In this document: positions 47,385 through 60,448 of the stretch, piece by piece | Layout: the number at the start of each line of letters is the position of its first letter | How positions within the stretch are numbered: the stretch's first letter is position 1 | Assembly (NCBI GenBank): GCA_977017645.1 | Contig: OZ360254.1 | Location: forward strand, 5,580,001 to 5,644,000 | DNA: 64,000 nt | Direction: 5' to 3' | Source: Torpedo marmorata | Taxonomy: Eukaryota | Translations under genes and position numbers: made by a program | Notes under the pieces: model-generated | Databases searched by the model: none | Seen by the model: only the letters and a program-made list of their open reading frames with translations | Told to the model about the DNA's origin: nothing

Positions 47385-48232
47385 TCAGAATCAGAATCAG
47401 AATCAGAATTTATTGTCATGAACAAGTCATGAAATTCGGTGTTTTGCGGCAGCATCATAGTGCAAACATTCATATTATAACCATCTTACGACATTAATAT
47501 AAAAAATTATAAATAATAGTGCACGAAAAGTAAGGCAGTGTCTTTGGTTCATTGATTATTCAGGAATCTGATGGCAGCGGGGAAGAAGCTGTCCTTGTGC
47601 CGTTGAGTGCTCGACTTTAGGCTCCTGTACCTTCTTCCCGATGGTAGCAGAGTGAAGAGGGCATGGCCTGGGTGGTGGGGGTCTTTGAGGATAGAGGCAG
47701 CTTTTTTAAGACACCGCCTCGTGTAGATGTCCTCGATGGAGTGAAGTCTGGTGATGTCACAGGCCGAGTTAACAACCCTCTGGAGTTTATTCTTGTCCTG
47801 AGAGTTGGCGCCTCCATACCAGGCAGTGATGCAACCAGCCAGAATGCTCTCCACGGTACACCTGTAGAAGTTTACGAGAGCCTTCGGTGACATATCGAAT
47901 CTCCTCAGACACCTCACAAAGTATAGCCAGTGGCGAGCCTTCTTTGTGATTGCATCAACGTGGAGGCTCCAGGACAGATCCTCGGAGATGTTGACAACCA
48001 GGAATTTGAAGTTCTTGACTACTGAGCCCTCGATGAGGACTGGGTCGTGTTTCCGTGACTTCCTTCTGAGGTCCACAATCATCTCCTTGGTTTTGCTGAC
48101 GTTGAGCGCAAGATTGTTGTCGTTACACCATTCAACGAGCTGATCTATCTTCCTCCTGTACGCTTCCTCATTGCCGTTTGTGATTCTGCCGACAATTGTG
48201 GTGTCATCGGCAAACTTGTTGATGGCATTGGA
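47385..48232 (-). mobile_element. Rex1/Babar 3' fragment
   Basis: C-terminal 177-aa ORF; (TTCTGA)n tail. Confidence 0.92.
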
Positions 48233-51043
48233 TAAGTTATGACATTGTGGCGATCACTGAGACATGGCTTAATGATGGATGTGATTGGGAGCTGAATGTC
48301 CAAGGGTACACAGTGTATAGGAAAGATAGGCAGGTAGGTAGAGGGGGTGGCATGGCCCTGATGGTAAGCAATGATATTAAATCACTAGAAAGGAGGGACA
48401 TAAGGTCAGATGTGGTCGAATCCTTATGGGTTGAGTTAAGAAATGGTAAGGGTAAAAGGACTCTATTAGCAGTTATATACAGGCCCCCAAACAGCAGCCG
48501 GGAAGTGGACTATGAGTTTCAGATGGAAATAGAAAAAGCGTGTCAGAAAGAAAATGTCAAAATAATTATGGGGGATTTTAACATGAAAGGAGATTGGGAA
48601 AGTCAGGAAGGTACTGGATTGCAGGAGAAAGAGTTTGTAGAATGCCTAAGGGATGGCTTTTTGGAACAGCTTGTCGATAATCCCACCAGGGGATCAGTGG
48701 TTTTGGATTGGGTGATGTGTAATGAACCTGAGGTGATTAGGGAATAAAGAGTATTGGAGCCCTTAGGATGTAGTGATCACAATATGATTGAGTTCAGTTT
48801 CAAATTTGAAAAGGTAAAGCTGAGATCAGGTGTGTCAATATTTCAGTGGAACAAAGGAAATTACAATGGTATGAGAGAAGAACTGGCCCAGGTTGATGGG
48901 AAAAGTAAGCTAGATGAAGGGACGGCAGAGCAGAATTGGATGATCGTTTTACAAGAAATAAAGAGAGTGCAGGATAAATATATTCCAAGAAAAAAGAAAA
49001 TTATGAATGGAAAAATGGCACAAATGTGGATAACTAGAAAGGTTAAGACTAAAATAAAAGCAAAAGGGAGGGCATACAAAGAAGCAAAAACTAGTGGAAA
49101 AACAGAGGACTCGGAAACTTTTAAAAACTTACAGAAAGAGACAAAGAAAGTCATTAGGAAAGAAAAGATGAATTATGAAAGGAGGTTGGCAAATAATATA
49201 CAAAAGGATACGAAGAGTTTTTTCAAATATATAAAGAGTAAAAGAGAAACACGGGTAGATATAGGACTGATTGAAAATGATGCTGGAGGAATTATAATGG
49301 GTAACCAAGAGATGGCAGAGGAACTAAATGAGTATTTTGCGTCAGTCTTCACTGAGGAAGACAATAGGAATATACCTGATATTCAGAGGACGCAGGGAAT
49401 AGAATTAAGTGCAGTTAGGATTACAAGTAGTGCTTGGAAAGCTGATTGGACTAAAGATAGATAAGTCTCCTAGACCGGATGAGGTGCACCCACGGGTTCT
49501 GAAGGAGGTGGCTTTGGAGATTGTGGAGGCATTGGAAATGATTTTTCAGAAATCAATAGACTCCAGCATGATTCCAGAGGATTGGAAGGTCGCAAAAGTA
49601 ATTCCGCTGTTTAAGAAAGGAGGGAGGCAGAAAAAAGGAAATTATAGGCCTATTAGTCTGACATCAGTAGTTGGTAAGATTTTGGAGTCGATCCTCAAGG
49701 ACGAGGATATGAAATACCTCGAGGTGAATGACATGATAGGTCCAAGCCAGCATGGTTTCATGAAGGGAAGATCCTGCCTGACCAACCTATTTTGGAATTT
49801 TTTGAGGAGATATCAGGTAGGATGGACAAGGGAGAGGCTGTGGATGTTGTGTATTTGGATTTTCAAAAGGCCTTTGATAAGGTGCCGCATAAGAGGCTGC
49901 TTAATAAGATGAGAGCTCATGGAATTACAGGAAAGATATTAGATTGGGTGGAGCATTGGCTGATAGGCAGGAAGTAAAGGGTGGGAATAAAGGGATCCTG
50001 TTCTGGTTGGTTGCCGGTTACTAGTGGTGTTCCGCAAGGCTCGGTGTTGGGACCGCTTCTTTTTACAATGTATACAGATGATTTAGATAACGGATTGAAT
50101 GGTTTTGTGGCTACGTTTGCGGATGACACCAAGATAGGTGGTGGAGTAGAAAGTGTTGAAGAAATCAAAAGGTTGCAGAGAGACTTGGACAGCTTTGGAG
50201 AGTGGGCAAAGAAATGGCAGATGAGATATAATGTTGAGAAATGCACGGTTGTACATTTTGGAAGAGGAAATAAACAGGCAGATTATTATTTGGATGGGAG
50301 AAAATTCAAAATTCGGAAGTGCAAAGGGACTTGGGGGTCCTCGTGCAGGATAACCTAAAGGTTAACCACCAGGTTGGATTGGCAGTAAAGAAAGTGAATG
50401 CTATGTTGGCATTCATTTCAAGAGGAATAATGTATAAGAGTAAAGAGGTGTTGATGAGGCTCTATAGGGGCACTGGTGAGACCTCATTTGGAGTACTGTG
50501 TGCAGTTTTGGGCCCCTTATCTTAGAAGGGATGTAATGATGTTGGAGAGAGTACAGAAAATATTTACCAGGATTATTCCTGGAATGCAAGGGCTAACATA
50601 TGAGGAACGTTTAGCAGCTCTTGGACTGTATTCATTGGAGTACAGAAAATTGAGAGGGGATCTCATAGAAACATTTCAAATACTGAAAGGATTGGACAGA
50701 GTAGATGGAAATAAGATGTTTCCCTTGGTGGGTGAATCCAGGACAAGAGGGCACAGTGTTAGAATTAGAAGGTACCCATTTAGAACAGAGATAAGGAGGA
50801 ATTTCTTTAGCCAGAGTGTCGTGAATTTGTGGAATTCGTTGCCACATACAGCTGTGGAGGCCCGATCATTGGGGGATTTTAAGGAGGAGAGTGATAGGTA
50901 TCTGATTGGTCAGGGTATCAATGGATATGGGGAAAAGGCCGGAAATTGGAATTAGATGTGAGAACAGTTTAGCTAAGAGTGGAGTTGCGGAACAGACTCG
51001 ATGGGCCGAATGGCCTTTATTTTGTGATCTTGTAATCTTGTGA
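48231..51043 (+). mobile_element. CR1 ORF2 (APE-RT) nearly complete, disrupted
   Basis: AITETWL, IYRPPN, GDFN, SDH, SGVPQGSVLGP, FADDTK; tail TGTGATCTTG repeats. Confidence 0.92.
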
Positions 51044-51422
51044 GACTCCCTGATCCGCTCTTCCCTCCCCACCCACCCTTCCACCTCCTTCAGGTTCTTC
51101 CCACTGTAACCGCAGGAAGTGTGAACCTTATCCCTCCATTCGCCTGCATCCAGGACCTTCCAGGTGAGGCACAGATTTACATGTGCATCGTCCGGCCTGA
51201 TCTCCTGCATTCGGTGAACTGGATGTGGCCTCCTCCACATTGGTGAGACTAAACACAGACTGGGTGACCGCTTCACCCAACGCCTACGTTCAGTGTGTGG
51301 GTGTAAGCTTGAACTTCCTGTTGCCAACCATTTCAACTCCCCCAACCATTCCTGCACAGACGTATCTGTCCTTGGCTTCATCTGGTGTCAGGGTGAGGCC
51401 AAATGAGGAACGACACACCATA

Positions 51423-51670
51423 GGGCGGCACAGTTGGCATAGCGGTTAGCGTAACACCGTTACAGCGCCAGTGGTCGGGACTGGGGTTCGAATCCGGCGC
51501 TGTCTGTATGGAGTTTGTACGTTCTCTCCGCGTCTATGTGGGGTTCCTCTGGGTGCTCCGGTTTCCTTCCACCGTTCAAAACGTACCGGGGGTTGTAGGT
51601 CTATTGGGTGTAAATTGGACGGCACGGGCTCGTGGGACGAAAGGGCCTATTACCGTGCTGTATGTCTAAA
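51423..51670 (+). mobile_element. V-SINE
   Basis: Full copy. Confidence 0.9.
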
Positions 51671-51683
51671 TATTCCACCTGGA

Positions 51684-51828
51684 ATTAAACAGAAAAGTCT
51701 GCAGACCCTGTGAATGTAGTGCAATTCACAAAAGTGCTGGAGAAACTCAGCAGGTCACGCAGCATCTATATCAGCATCTATATGCAGCATGACCTGCTGA
51801 GTTTCTCCTGCACTTTTGAGTATCGCAC
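51684..51828. mobile_element. Penelope-derived palindromic mini-element (core deleted) with 14-bp TSD
   Basis: TSD ATATTCCACCTGGA / ATATTCCTCCTGGA. Confidence 0.72.
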
Positions 51829-52269
51829 ATATTCCTCCTGGACAGGCTTCAACCTAATGGCATGAATATCGATTTTTTTCAATTTTAGCTAACCCCCACT
51901 CCAATCTGGTTCCTCTCTTTCCATCTCTTCTTTATCTCCTTCTGTTCTTACTTTTTTCCCGTCTAACTTCCCTCCTTTCTCCTTTCATCTTAAGCACTGA
52001 TCCGGCTCGCGATCTACTGACACTGCTTCCATGGGAGGTTCAGTGTCCACGTCCTGCCGCCACACCCCTCACAGACGGGTGTGGTGGCAAGGCTCAAGTT
52101 GGTGCGGTGGCCACAAGGGTTTGTGTGAGCGCTGACCTTCAGAATAATACACAACTGCTGAGAACCTATAATGGGATAATTAGGTGTAAAAACACGAATG
52201 CTGATATTAAATGCACCATGCAGTGAGGTGACAAAGTACTCGAATAATAGGACGTGGAGAAGGAATTTA

Positions 52270-53279
52270 CAGTAAAACCGCTGGTATCCGGCACCTATGG
52301 GGATTGGTAGATGCCGAATAAGTGTATTTCCGGTTGCTTGAGACCTACTTTTACAATGCCTAATTAATTCACAGATTAACAGATTAAAAGACAAAAATAC
52401 TATACTGTACTTACACTGAACAAACTTCACTTGCATGAATATATAAATCTTAAAGCATTTTACGTTATTTTTAGTCACATTCTTTGAAAACATTTAACCG
52501 TCGCTGCATCTGCAGGTTCCTCCCCCTCCACGGAGTCGCCCGAAAGACGAACAATAACATTATAGATAATTAACCCCCTCCCCCAAGTTTACAGATAAAA
52601 GCCCCTTTCACACTGCCAACCCTCCTTGGAAGCGGGTAAACTCGGGAGCCTTTCTTACTGCACCATGATTTACCTGGTTAATCGGCAACCCGGGATTTTA
52701 AACTCCAGCGGTGACAATGCGAGAACAGGTTGTGCTTTCACACCGCCAGAAGGCGATTAGTGAGTTAACTCGGCCGGGCTCTGACACTTGCCCCCACCAA
52801 GTGTCAGAGCCCGGTTGAATTTAACTCGCCCTGCCCGGTTGGGACGTTTCACACTGCGCAATTACCGGGTACGGACCCGGTAAATTACCCGGTTCAACCC
52901 ACATGTAATCGGCAGTGTGAAAGGGGCTAAAGCCTCTGACCGGGGTGACTCTTACTAAGCAGGGATAAGGAGACACTTTAAGAGAGTCACCCCAACGGCG
53001 AGCGGCATCAACCTGCTCTTCATCCTGGGCGACGCCATTGCTGTTTCACACAACTTTATTCAAACACTGCTACGAGCAAAGCACGACCAAGACACTCCGC
53101 TGGCTGAATATTTGCTCGCATCTTCACCAAAGGTTTATGTGTTACTTCAGAGAACATTTACTTTTACAATTTTAAACTTATGTATTTTTTACCTTTTATT
53201 TTATTCTTATTTATTTTAATTTATTTTCCTCAATTTATTTTTCCAGTTGCTTGAATTCCGGATTCCAGGGGTTTTACTG
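52270..53279. mobile_element. pogo/Tigger-type MITE
   Basis: 22-bp TIR CAGTAAAACC(G/C)CTGG(T/A)ATCCGG; TA TSD. Confidence 0.87.
52600..52928. mobile_element. PIF/Harbinger-type MITE nested in the Tigger-type element
   Basis: Perfect 18-bp TIR AGCCCCTTTCACACTGCC; 3-bp TSD AAA; central hairpin CCGGGCTCTGACACTTG/CAAGTGTCAGAGCCCGG. Confidence 0.8.
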
Positions 53280-53294
53280 TATTAAAAGAGCAGG

Positions 53295-54023
53295 TCGAGT
53301 CACTGCCTCACATCTACAGAGACCTAGGTTCGATTCTGACCTCTGATGCTGTCTGTGTGGAGTTTGCACGTTCTACCTGTGACCACAAAGGTTTCCTCTG
53401 GGTGCTCCGGTTTCCTTCCATATCTCAAATATGTGTGTCTTTGTAAGTTAATTGGCTGTGTAGTGCACCGAGTGAGTGGGAAGGTCTAAAGGGAAGTTGA
53501 ATGGGAAATTGCGGAGAATCAATTTGGGGAGGGTGGACAGGGTTAGCGCAACCCTGTTACAGTGGCAGCGATCCGGGTTCGAATCCGCCGCTGTCTGTAA
53601 GAAGTTTGCACGTCCTCCCCGTGACCTGCATAGGTTTCCTCCGGATGCTCCAGTTTCCAACGTCGTACAGGGTTAATAGGTTAATTGGTCACGTGGGTGT
53701 ATTTGGCGGGCACGGGCTCGGGGGCCGCAAGGGTCTGTACCGTGCTGTATATCTAAATTTAATATTAATTTTTTTTTACATTTAATTTAGACATATAGCA
53801 CGGTAACAGGCTCTTTCGGCCTACAAGCCCGTGCTGCCCAATTACACCCAATTGACCTACAACGTTTTGAATGGTAGGAGGAAACCGGAGCGCCCAGAGG
53901 AAACCCACGCAGACACGGGAAGAAAGTACGAACTCCTTACAGACAGCGAGGGATTCGAACTCCCGTTCTGATTGCTGGCGCTGTAACAGCGTTGCACTGC
54001 CTGCTACACTAACCGTGCTGCCC
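53295..54023. mobile_element. V-SINE cluster: old copy 53295-53460 (+), 53532-53760 (+), 53782-54023 (-)
   Basis: V-domain motifs; the last two copies are tail-to-tail. Confidence 0.85.
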
Positions 54024-54264
54024 TTTTTATTTAATTGAAAATTTAAAAATTAAATTCACAAATTTTGAATATCTAACCTATCTGTGCCTTTAATAATATT
54101 ACATACCTCAAACAGATCTCCCCACAGCCTTCCTTCCTTCAGATAAAACATCTGCAGCCGAGCCAATCACTCTCCGTGACTAAAGTTATTAATCCAACCA
54201 ACATTCTGGTGAATCTCCTTTGCACTCCTCTCCAGTTTTTTCTATATATTTACAAGGAAGTTTA

Positions 54265-54822
54265 CCTTGTGAAGGGCTCAAGCCCGAAACATTGGTTATG
54301 TATCTTTATCTTTGCTATATAAAGTACACTGTTTGTCCTGCTGAGTTTATCCAGCATTGTGTTTTTACAAGGTTGTTGCTGGATTTGAGGAATGAAGTTA
54401 CAGGGAATGGTTAAACAGATTAGGACTTTATTCCCTGAAGCATGGGAGAATGAGGGGAGATTTGATAGAGGTAGACAAAACTATGAGGGGTATAGATAGA
54501 GTAAGTGTAAGCAGGCTTTTTCTACTGAGGTTGGGTGAGACAAGAAGTAGAGGAGGTTAAGGGTGAAAGGTGAAAGGTTTGAAGGGAACATGAGGGGGAA
54601 TTTCTTCACGCAGAGAGTGGTAAGAGTGTGGAACGAGCTGCCAGATGAAATGATGATTGCAGACTTGATTGACATTGAAGAAAAGTTTGGATAGGTAGAT
54701 GGATGGGAGGGGTATGGAGTGCTATGTTCCAGGTGCAGGTCAATGGGGCTAGACAGATAACAGTTCAGTACAGACTAGGTGAGCTGAAGGGCCTGTTTCT
54801 GTATAGTGTTCTATGGTTCTAT
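54265..54822 (+). mobile_element. Penelope 3' arm (54265-54368) followed by a CR1 3' fragment
   Basis: CCTTGTGAAGGGCTCAAGCCCGAAAC; CR1 tail TTCTATGGTTCTAT. Confidence 0.75.
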
Positions 54823-54829
54823 AGTCAGG

Positions 54830-55875
54830 CCATATTCTGTGCCCCAAACCATGGCATGCCACATGCCTTCTTTAGCACTCTATTGACCTGTGTTGTCACT
54901 TTTAGGGAACTATAGACTTGGATTCCATGGTCCCTCTGTTCAACATTTCTTACTATCCTCCCATTTACTGTGTCTTCCCTCCTATCTGACTTCAAACAAT
55001 ACATCACTTTGCCCTCACTGGGACAATATTCTGCCAATGCTCCAACCAACTTTCTATCTGACCTCCCTCCTGCTGTAGCCTCAGACAACTTTCCTCACTC
55101 TCCACCAATTTTCGTGCCATCCACAACCTGACTAATCAAACTTCCTTCTCATGTATCCAAGTTGTTAATACAATATATGTCACACACAACAGGGGTTCCA
55201 GCATCGATCCCTGCAGCATGCCACTGGTCACAGATTTCCAATCAGACAAGAAACCTTCCATGACTATCCTCTGCATCCCTTCACCCAGACAATTTGGGAT
55301 CCAGTTAGCAGTTCGCCTTGGATCCCATATAACTTAATGTAGACATACAGCACGGGAACAGGCCCTTCCTGCCCACGAGCCCATGCCGCCCAAATACACC
55401 CAGTGAACCTACAACCCCCGTACGTTTTGAAGGGTGAGAGGACACCGGAGCGCACGGAGGAGACCCACGCGGACACGGGGAGAACGTACAAACCCCTTGC
55501 AGACAGCACCAGATTCGAACCCCGGTTGCTGGTGCTGTAACAGCTAACCGCTATGCTAACCATGCCACTCTAACTTCAGAACCAGCCTACGATGCAGGAC
55601 CTTGTCAAATGACTTACTAAAGTCCATATATACATCTACTGCCCCACCCTCATCAATTTTCTTAGTTGTCCCACAATCAAATTCGCAATGAAAGACCTCC
55701 TCCCACAAAGCCATGCTGACTGTCCCGTCCCTTTCCAAATGTGCATAAATCCAGTCCATTAAGATTTTCTCCAATAATTTCCCTACAACTGATGTAGGCC
55801 GCACCACACTGTAGTTTCCTGTCTTATCCCTGCTGAACTTCTCAAATCAAGGAACATTATCTGTCCTCCTGCTAC
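54830..55875 (-). mobile_element. Old CR1 RT fragment (continues 63621-64000), with a V-SINE at 55338-55568
   Basis: TSVVGKLLEKIL..VYMDFSKSFDKV. Confidence 0.8.
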
Positions 55876-55932
55876 TTTATCAAGGAGATGATTGTGGACT
55901 TCAGGGGGAAATCAGGAGAACACAAACCAGTC

Positions 55933-57482
55933 TTAGATAAATCCCACGGGCCTGACATGATATTCCCTCGGACCTTGAGGGAGACTAGTGTAGAAATTTC
56001 AGGGGCCCTCGCAGAAATATTTAAAATGTCCTTAGCCACGGGTGAGGTGCCAGACGATTGGAGGGTAGCTCATGTTGTTCCATTGTTTAAAAAAAGTAAG
56101 CCAGCAAATTACAGGCCGGTGAGCCTGACGTCAGTAGTAGGTAAATTATTGGAGGGTGTTCTGAGAGATAGGATATACAAGTATTTGGACAGCCAAGGGC
56201 TGATTAAGGACAGTCAGCATGGCTTTGTGCGTGGTAGGTCATGTTTAACGAATCTTATAGAGTTTTTCGAGGAGGTTACCAAGAAAGTTGATGAAGGAAA
56301 GGCTGTGGATGTTGTCTACATGGACTTTAGTAAGGCCTTTGACAAGGTCCCACATGGGAGGTTAGTTCAGAAAGTTCAGACACTAGGTATTCATGGAGAG
56401 GTTGTAAACTGGATTTGAAATTGGCTGAATGGGAGAAGACAGAGAGTGCTAGTGGATAATTGCTTCTCAGACTGGAGGCCTGTGATTAGTGGTGTGCCTC
56501 AGGGATCGATGTTGGGACCATTGTTGTTTGCTGTATATATCAATGACCTGGATGATAATATGGTAAATTGGATCAGCAAGTTTGCTGATGACACTAAGAT
56601 TGGAGGCGTTGTGGACAGCGAGGAAGGCTTTCAAAGCTTGCAGAGGGATCTGGTCCAAATGGGTCAGAGAATGGCAGATGGAATTTAATGCAGACAAGTG
56701 TGAGGTGTTGCATTTTGGAAGGACAAACCAAGATAGGACATACACAGTAAATGGTAGGGCACTGAGGAGTGCGAAGGAACAAAGGGATCTGGGAATACAG
56801 GTACATAATTCCCTGAAAGTGGCATCACAGGTAGACAGGGTTGTAAAGAAAGCTTTTGGCATCTTGGCCTTCATAAATCAAAGTATTGAGTACAGGAGTT
56901 GGGATGTTATGGTGAGGTTGTATAAGACATTGGTGAGGCCAAATTTGGAATATTGTGTGCAGTTCTGGTCACCAAACTACAGGAAGGATATCAGTAAGAT
57001 TGAAAGAATGCAGAGAAGATTTACTAGGATGTTGCCGGGTCTTCAGGAGTTGAGTTACAGGGAAACATTAAACTGGTTAGGACTTTATTCCTTGGAGCGT
57101 AGAAGAATGAGGGGAGATTTGATAGAAGTTTACAAAATTATGAGAGGTATAGACAGAGTAAATGCTAGTAGGCTCTTTCTACTTAGATTAGGAGATAAAT
57201 ACGAGAGGACATGGCTTTAGGGTGAAAGGGGAAAAGTTTAGAGGGAACATTAGGAGGAACGTCTTCACTCAGCGAGTGGTGGGAGTGTGGAATGAGCTGC
57301 CACCTGATGTGGTAAATGTGGGCTCACACAAGAATAAGTTGGATAGATACATGGATGGGAGAGGTCTGGAGGGTTATGGAATGGGTACAGGTCAGTGGGA
57401 CGAGCGGAATGATGTTTCAGCACAGACTAGAAGGGCTGAATGGCCTTTTTTCTGTGCTGCAGTGTTCTATGGTTCTATGGTT
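55933..57482 (+). mobile_element. CR1 RT to 3' end
   Basis: NYRPVSLTSVVGK, DFSKAFDKVPH, SKFADDTK; (TTCTATGG)n tail. Confidence 0.92.
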
Positions 57483-57789
57483 CTCATCGAGGGCTCAGTA
57501 GTGGAGAGGGTCAAGAACTACAAATTCCTGCGTGTCAACATCTCCGAGGATCTTTCCTGGAACCTCCATGTTGATGCAATCATGAAGAAGGCTCGTCAGC
57601 GGCTATACTTTGTGAGGAGTTTGCGGAGATTCGGTATGTCTCCAAAGACTCTGGAAAACTTCTACAGGTGTACCGTGGAGCGCATTCTGTCTGGTTGCAT
57701 CGCTGTCTGGTACGGAGGTGCTAATGTTCAGGATAGGACAATACTCCAGAAGGTTGTTAACTCGGCCTGAGACATCACGGGCACCAGTC

Positions 57790-60448
57790 AGAATCAGAAT
57801 CAGAATCAGAATTTATTGTCATGAACAAGTCATGAAAATCGGTGTTTTGCGGCAGCATCATAGTGCAATTAACATTCATATTAACCATCTTACGACATTA
57901 CTATAAAAAAATTATTAACAATAGTGCACGAAAAGTAAGGCAGTATCTTTGGTTCATTGATTATTCAGGAATCTGATGGCAGCGGGGAAGAAGCTGTCCT
58001 TGTGCCGTTGAGTGCTCATCTTTAGGCTCCTGTACCTTTTTCCCGATGGAAGCAGAGTGAAGAGGGCATGGCCTGGGTGGTGGGGGTCTTTGAGGATAAA
58101 GGCTGCTTTTTTAAGACACCGCCTCATGTAGATGTCCTCGGTGGAGTGAAGTTTGGTGCCTGTGATATCACAGGCCGAGTTAACAACCCTCTGGAGTTTA
58201 CTCTTGTCCTGGGAGTTGGCGCCTCCATACCAGGCAGTGATGCAACCAGCCAGAATGCTCTCCACGGTACACCTGTAGAAGTTTACGAGAGTCTTCGGTG
58301 ACATACCCAATCTCCGCAGACACCTCACAAAGTATAGCCGCTGACGAGCCTTCTTTGTGATTGCATCAACGTGGATGCTCCAGGACAGATCCTCGGAGAT
58401 GTTGACACCCAGGAATTTGAAGTTCTTGACACTCTCCACTACTGAGCCCTCGATGAGGACTGGGTTGAGTTTCCCTGACTTCCTCCTGAAGTCCACAATC
58501 ATCTCCTTGGTTTTGCTGACGTTGAGCTCAAGGTTGTTGCCATTACACCATTCAACGAGCTGATCTATCTCCCTCCTGTACGCTTCCTCATTGCCGTTTG
58601 TAATTCTGCCGACAACTGTGGTATCATCGGCAAACTTGGAATTGTGCCTGGCCACACTGTCATGGGTGTATAACGAGTAGAGCAGTGGACTAAGCACGCA
58701 TCCTTGGGGTGTGCCTGTGTTGATAATCAGTGAGGAGGAGACGTTGTTTCCAATTCGTACTGACTGTGGTCTTCCGATGACAAAGTCAAGGATCCAGTTG
58801 CAGAGTGGGGTGCAGAGGCCTAGAGTTTGTAGCTTCTTGACCAGCACTGAGGGAATAATGGTATTGAAGGCCGAGCTGTAGTCGATGAAGAGCATCCGTA
58901 TGTATAAATTGCTGTTTTCGAGGTGATCCAGAGCTGAGTGGAGAGCCAGCGATGTTGCATCTGCTGTGGAGCGATTGTAACGATAGGCGAATTGCAGTGG
59001 GTCCAGATCTTTGCTTAGGTATGTGTTAATTCTGGCCATGATCAGCCTCTCAAAGCATTTCATCACAGTAGAAGTTAGTGCTACTGGGCGGTAGTCATTG
59101 AGGCAGCCCACACTGCTCTTCTTGGGTACCGGGATGATTGATGCCCTTTTGAAGCAGGTGGGAACCTCTGACTGCCGCAATGAGAGGTTGAAAATGTTCG
59201 TGAACACTCCGGCTAGTTGGTTGGCGCAGATTTTCAGTACCCTGCCAGGTACGCCGTCAGGGCTTGACGCCTTGCGAGGGTTCACCCTCTTGAATGATGT
59301 TCTGACGTCGCCCTCAGAGACAGATATCACAGGGTCCTCAGCCTTTTCAGAGATTATAGTCGGCAATGTTTTGTTCTTCTTCACAAAGCGGGCATAGAAG
59401 GTGTTCAGCTCATCGGGTAGTGAAGCATCTCAGTCGTCTATAGTGTTCGCCCTCGCTTTGTAGGCTGTAATGGCCTGCACTCCCTACCATAGCTGGCGTG
59501 TATCTGTCTGTCTCTAGGTTACTCCAGAATTGCCACTTTGCTTCAGGGATGGCCTTCCGCAGGTCGTGCCTGGACTTCTTGTAAAGATCCCGGTCCCCGA
59601 CCTTAAACGCCCTTGTTCTCGTTCTCAGCAGGTTGCGAATTCTCTGATTCATCCAGGGCTTCTGGTTGGGGAACACCCGGTATTTGCGCGTGGGCACACA
59701 CTCATCCACGCAGGTCTTGATGAAGTCGGTTACACCTGTTGCATATTCATTTAGGTCTATGGCTGAGTGCTTGAATATGTTCCAGTCCACCGATTCAAAG
59801 CAGTCCTGCAGACGCTCCTCCGCCCCCCCCTGATCATACTTTTGCCGTCCTCACCACTGGTGCTGTGGTCTTCAGTCTCTGCTTGTACGCCGGGAGTAGA
59901 AGTACAGCCAGGTGATCAGACTTGCCGAAGTGCGGTCGTGGTATGGCTCGGTATGCCTTCTTCACGGTGGTGTAGCAGTGGTCGAGTGTGTTGGTTCCCC
60001 TGGTCTGGCATGTGATGTGTTGGGGTAGTTTGTTAGTGACTTCTTCAGGTTGGCCTGATTGAAGTCTCCCACAATGATCGGGAAGGCATCAGGATGTGCT
60101 GTCTCATGGCTGCTTATCACAGTGCTCAGTCCCTCCAGTGCCCGCCTGATGTTAGCCTGGGGTGGAATGTACACTGCGACCAGGATGATGGCGATGAACT
60201 CCCTCGGCAGATAGAATGGGCGACACTTGATCGCCAGATGTTCCAGGTCGGTGGAGCAGGACTGGGACATGACCGTCAAGTCTGTGCACCACGATGAATT
60301 GATGATGACACAAACGCCGCCTCCCCTGGTTTTTCCAGATGTCGGTCAGCGCAATGGAGGGTGTAGCCCTTGGGCTGCAGCGCCTTGTCCGGAATGTCCG
60401 AGTTTAGCCATGTTTCTGCAAAGCACATCACGCAGCACTCCCTGATGA
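57790..60448 (-). mobile_element. Rex1/Babar LINE, 5'-truncated, disrupted
   Basis: 476-aa RT ORF with a 12-nt deletion before KFADD; TSD CAGTC at 57785-57789 and 60449-60453. Confidence 0.93.

Larger units (their letters stand above)
47140..51900 (+). mobile_element. Decayed Penelope-like ORF C-terminus (linker plus GIY-YIG) in three pieces: 47140-47384, 51044-51420, 51829-51900
   Basis: NKDRVPLVVT..IQHIILRH; TFQVRHRFTC..GCGLLHIGETKHRLGDRF..LPVANHFNSP; LQPNGMNIDF. Confidence 0.78.

Noticed and set aside
52955-53038. Signal-peptide-like MASPRMKSRLMPLAVGVTLLKCLLIPA on the minus strand
   Set aside because: Only 27 codons, inside a MITE and overlapping a hairpin; no supporting evidence.
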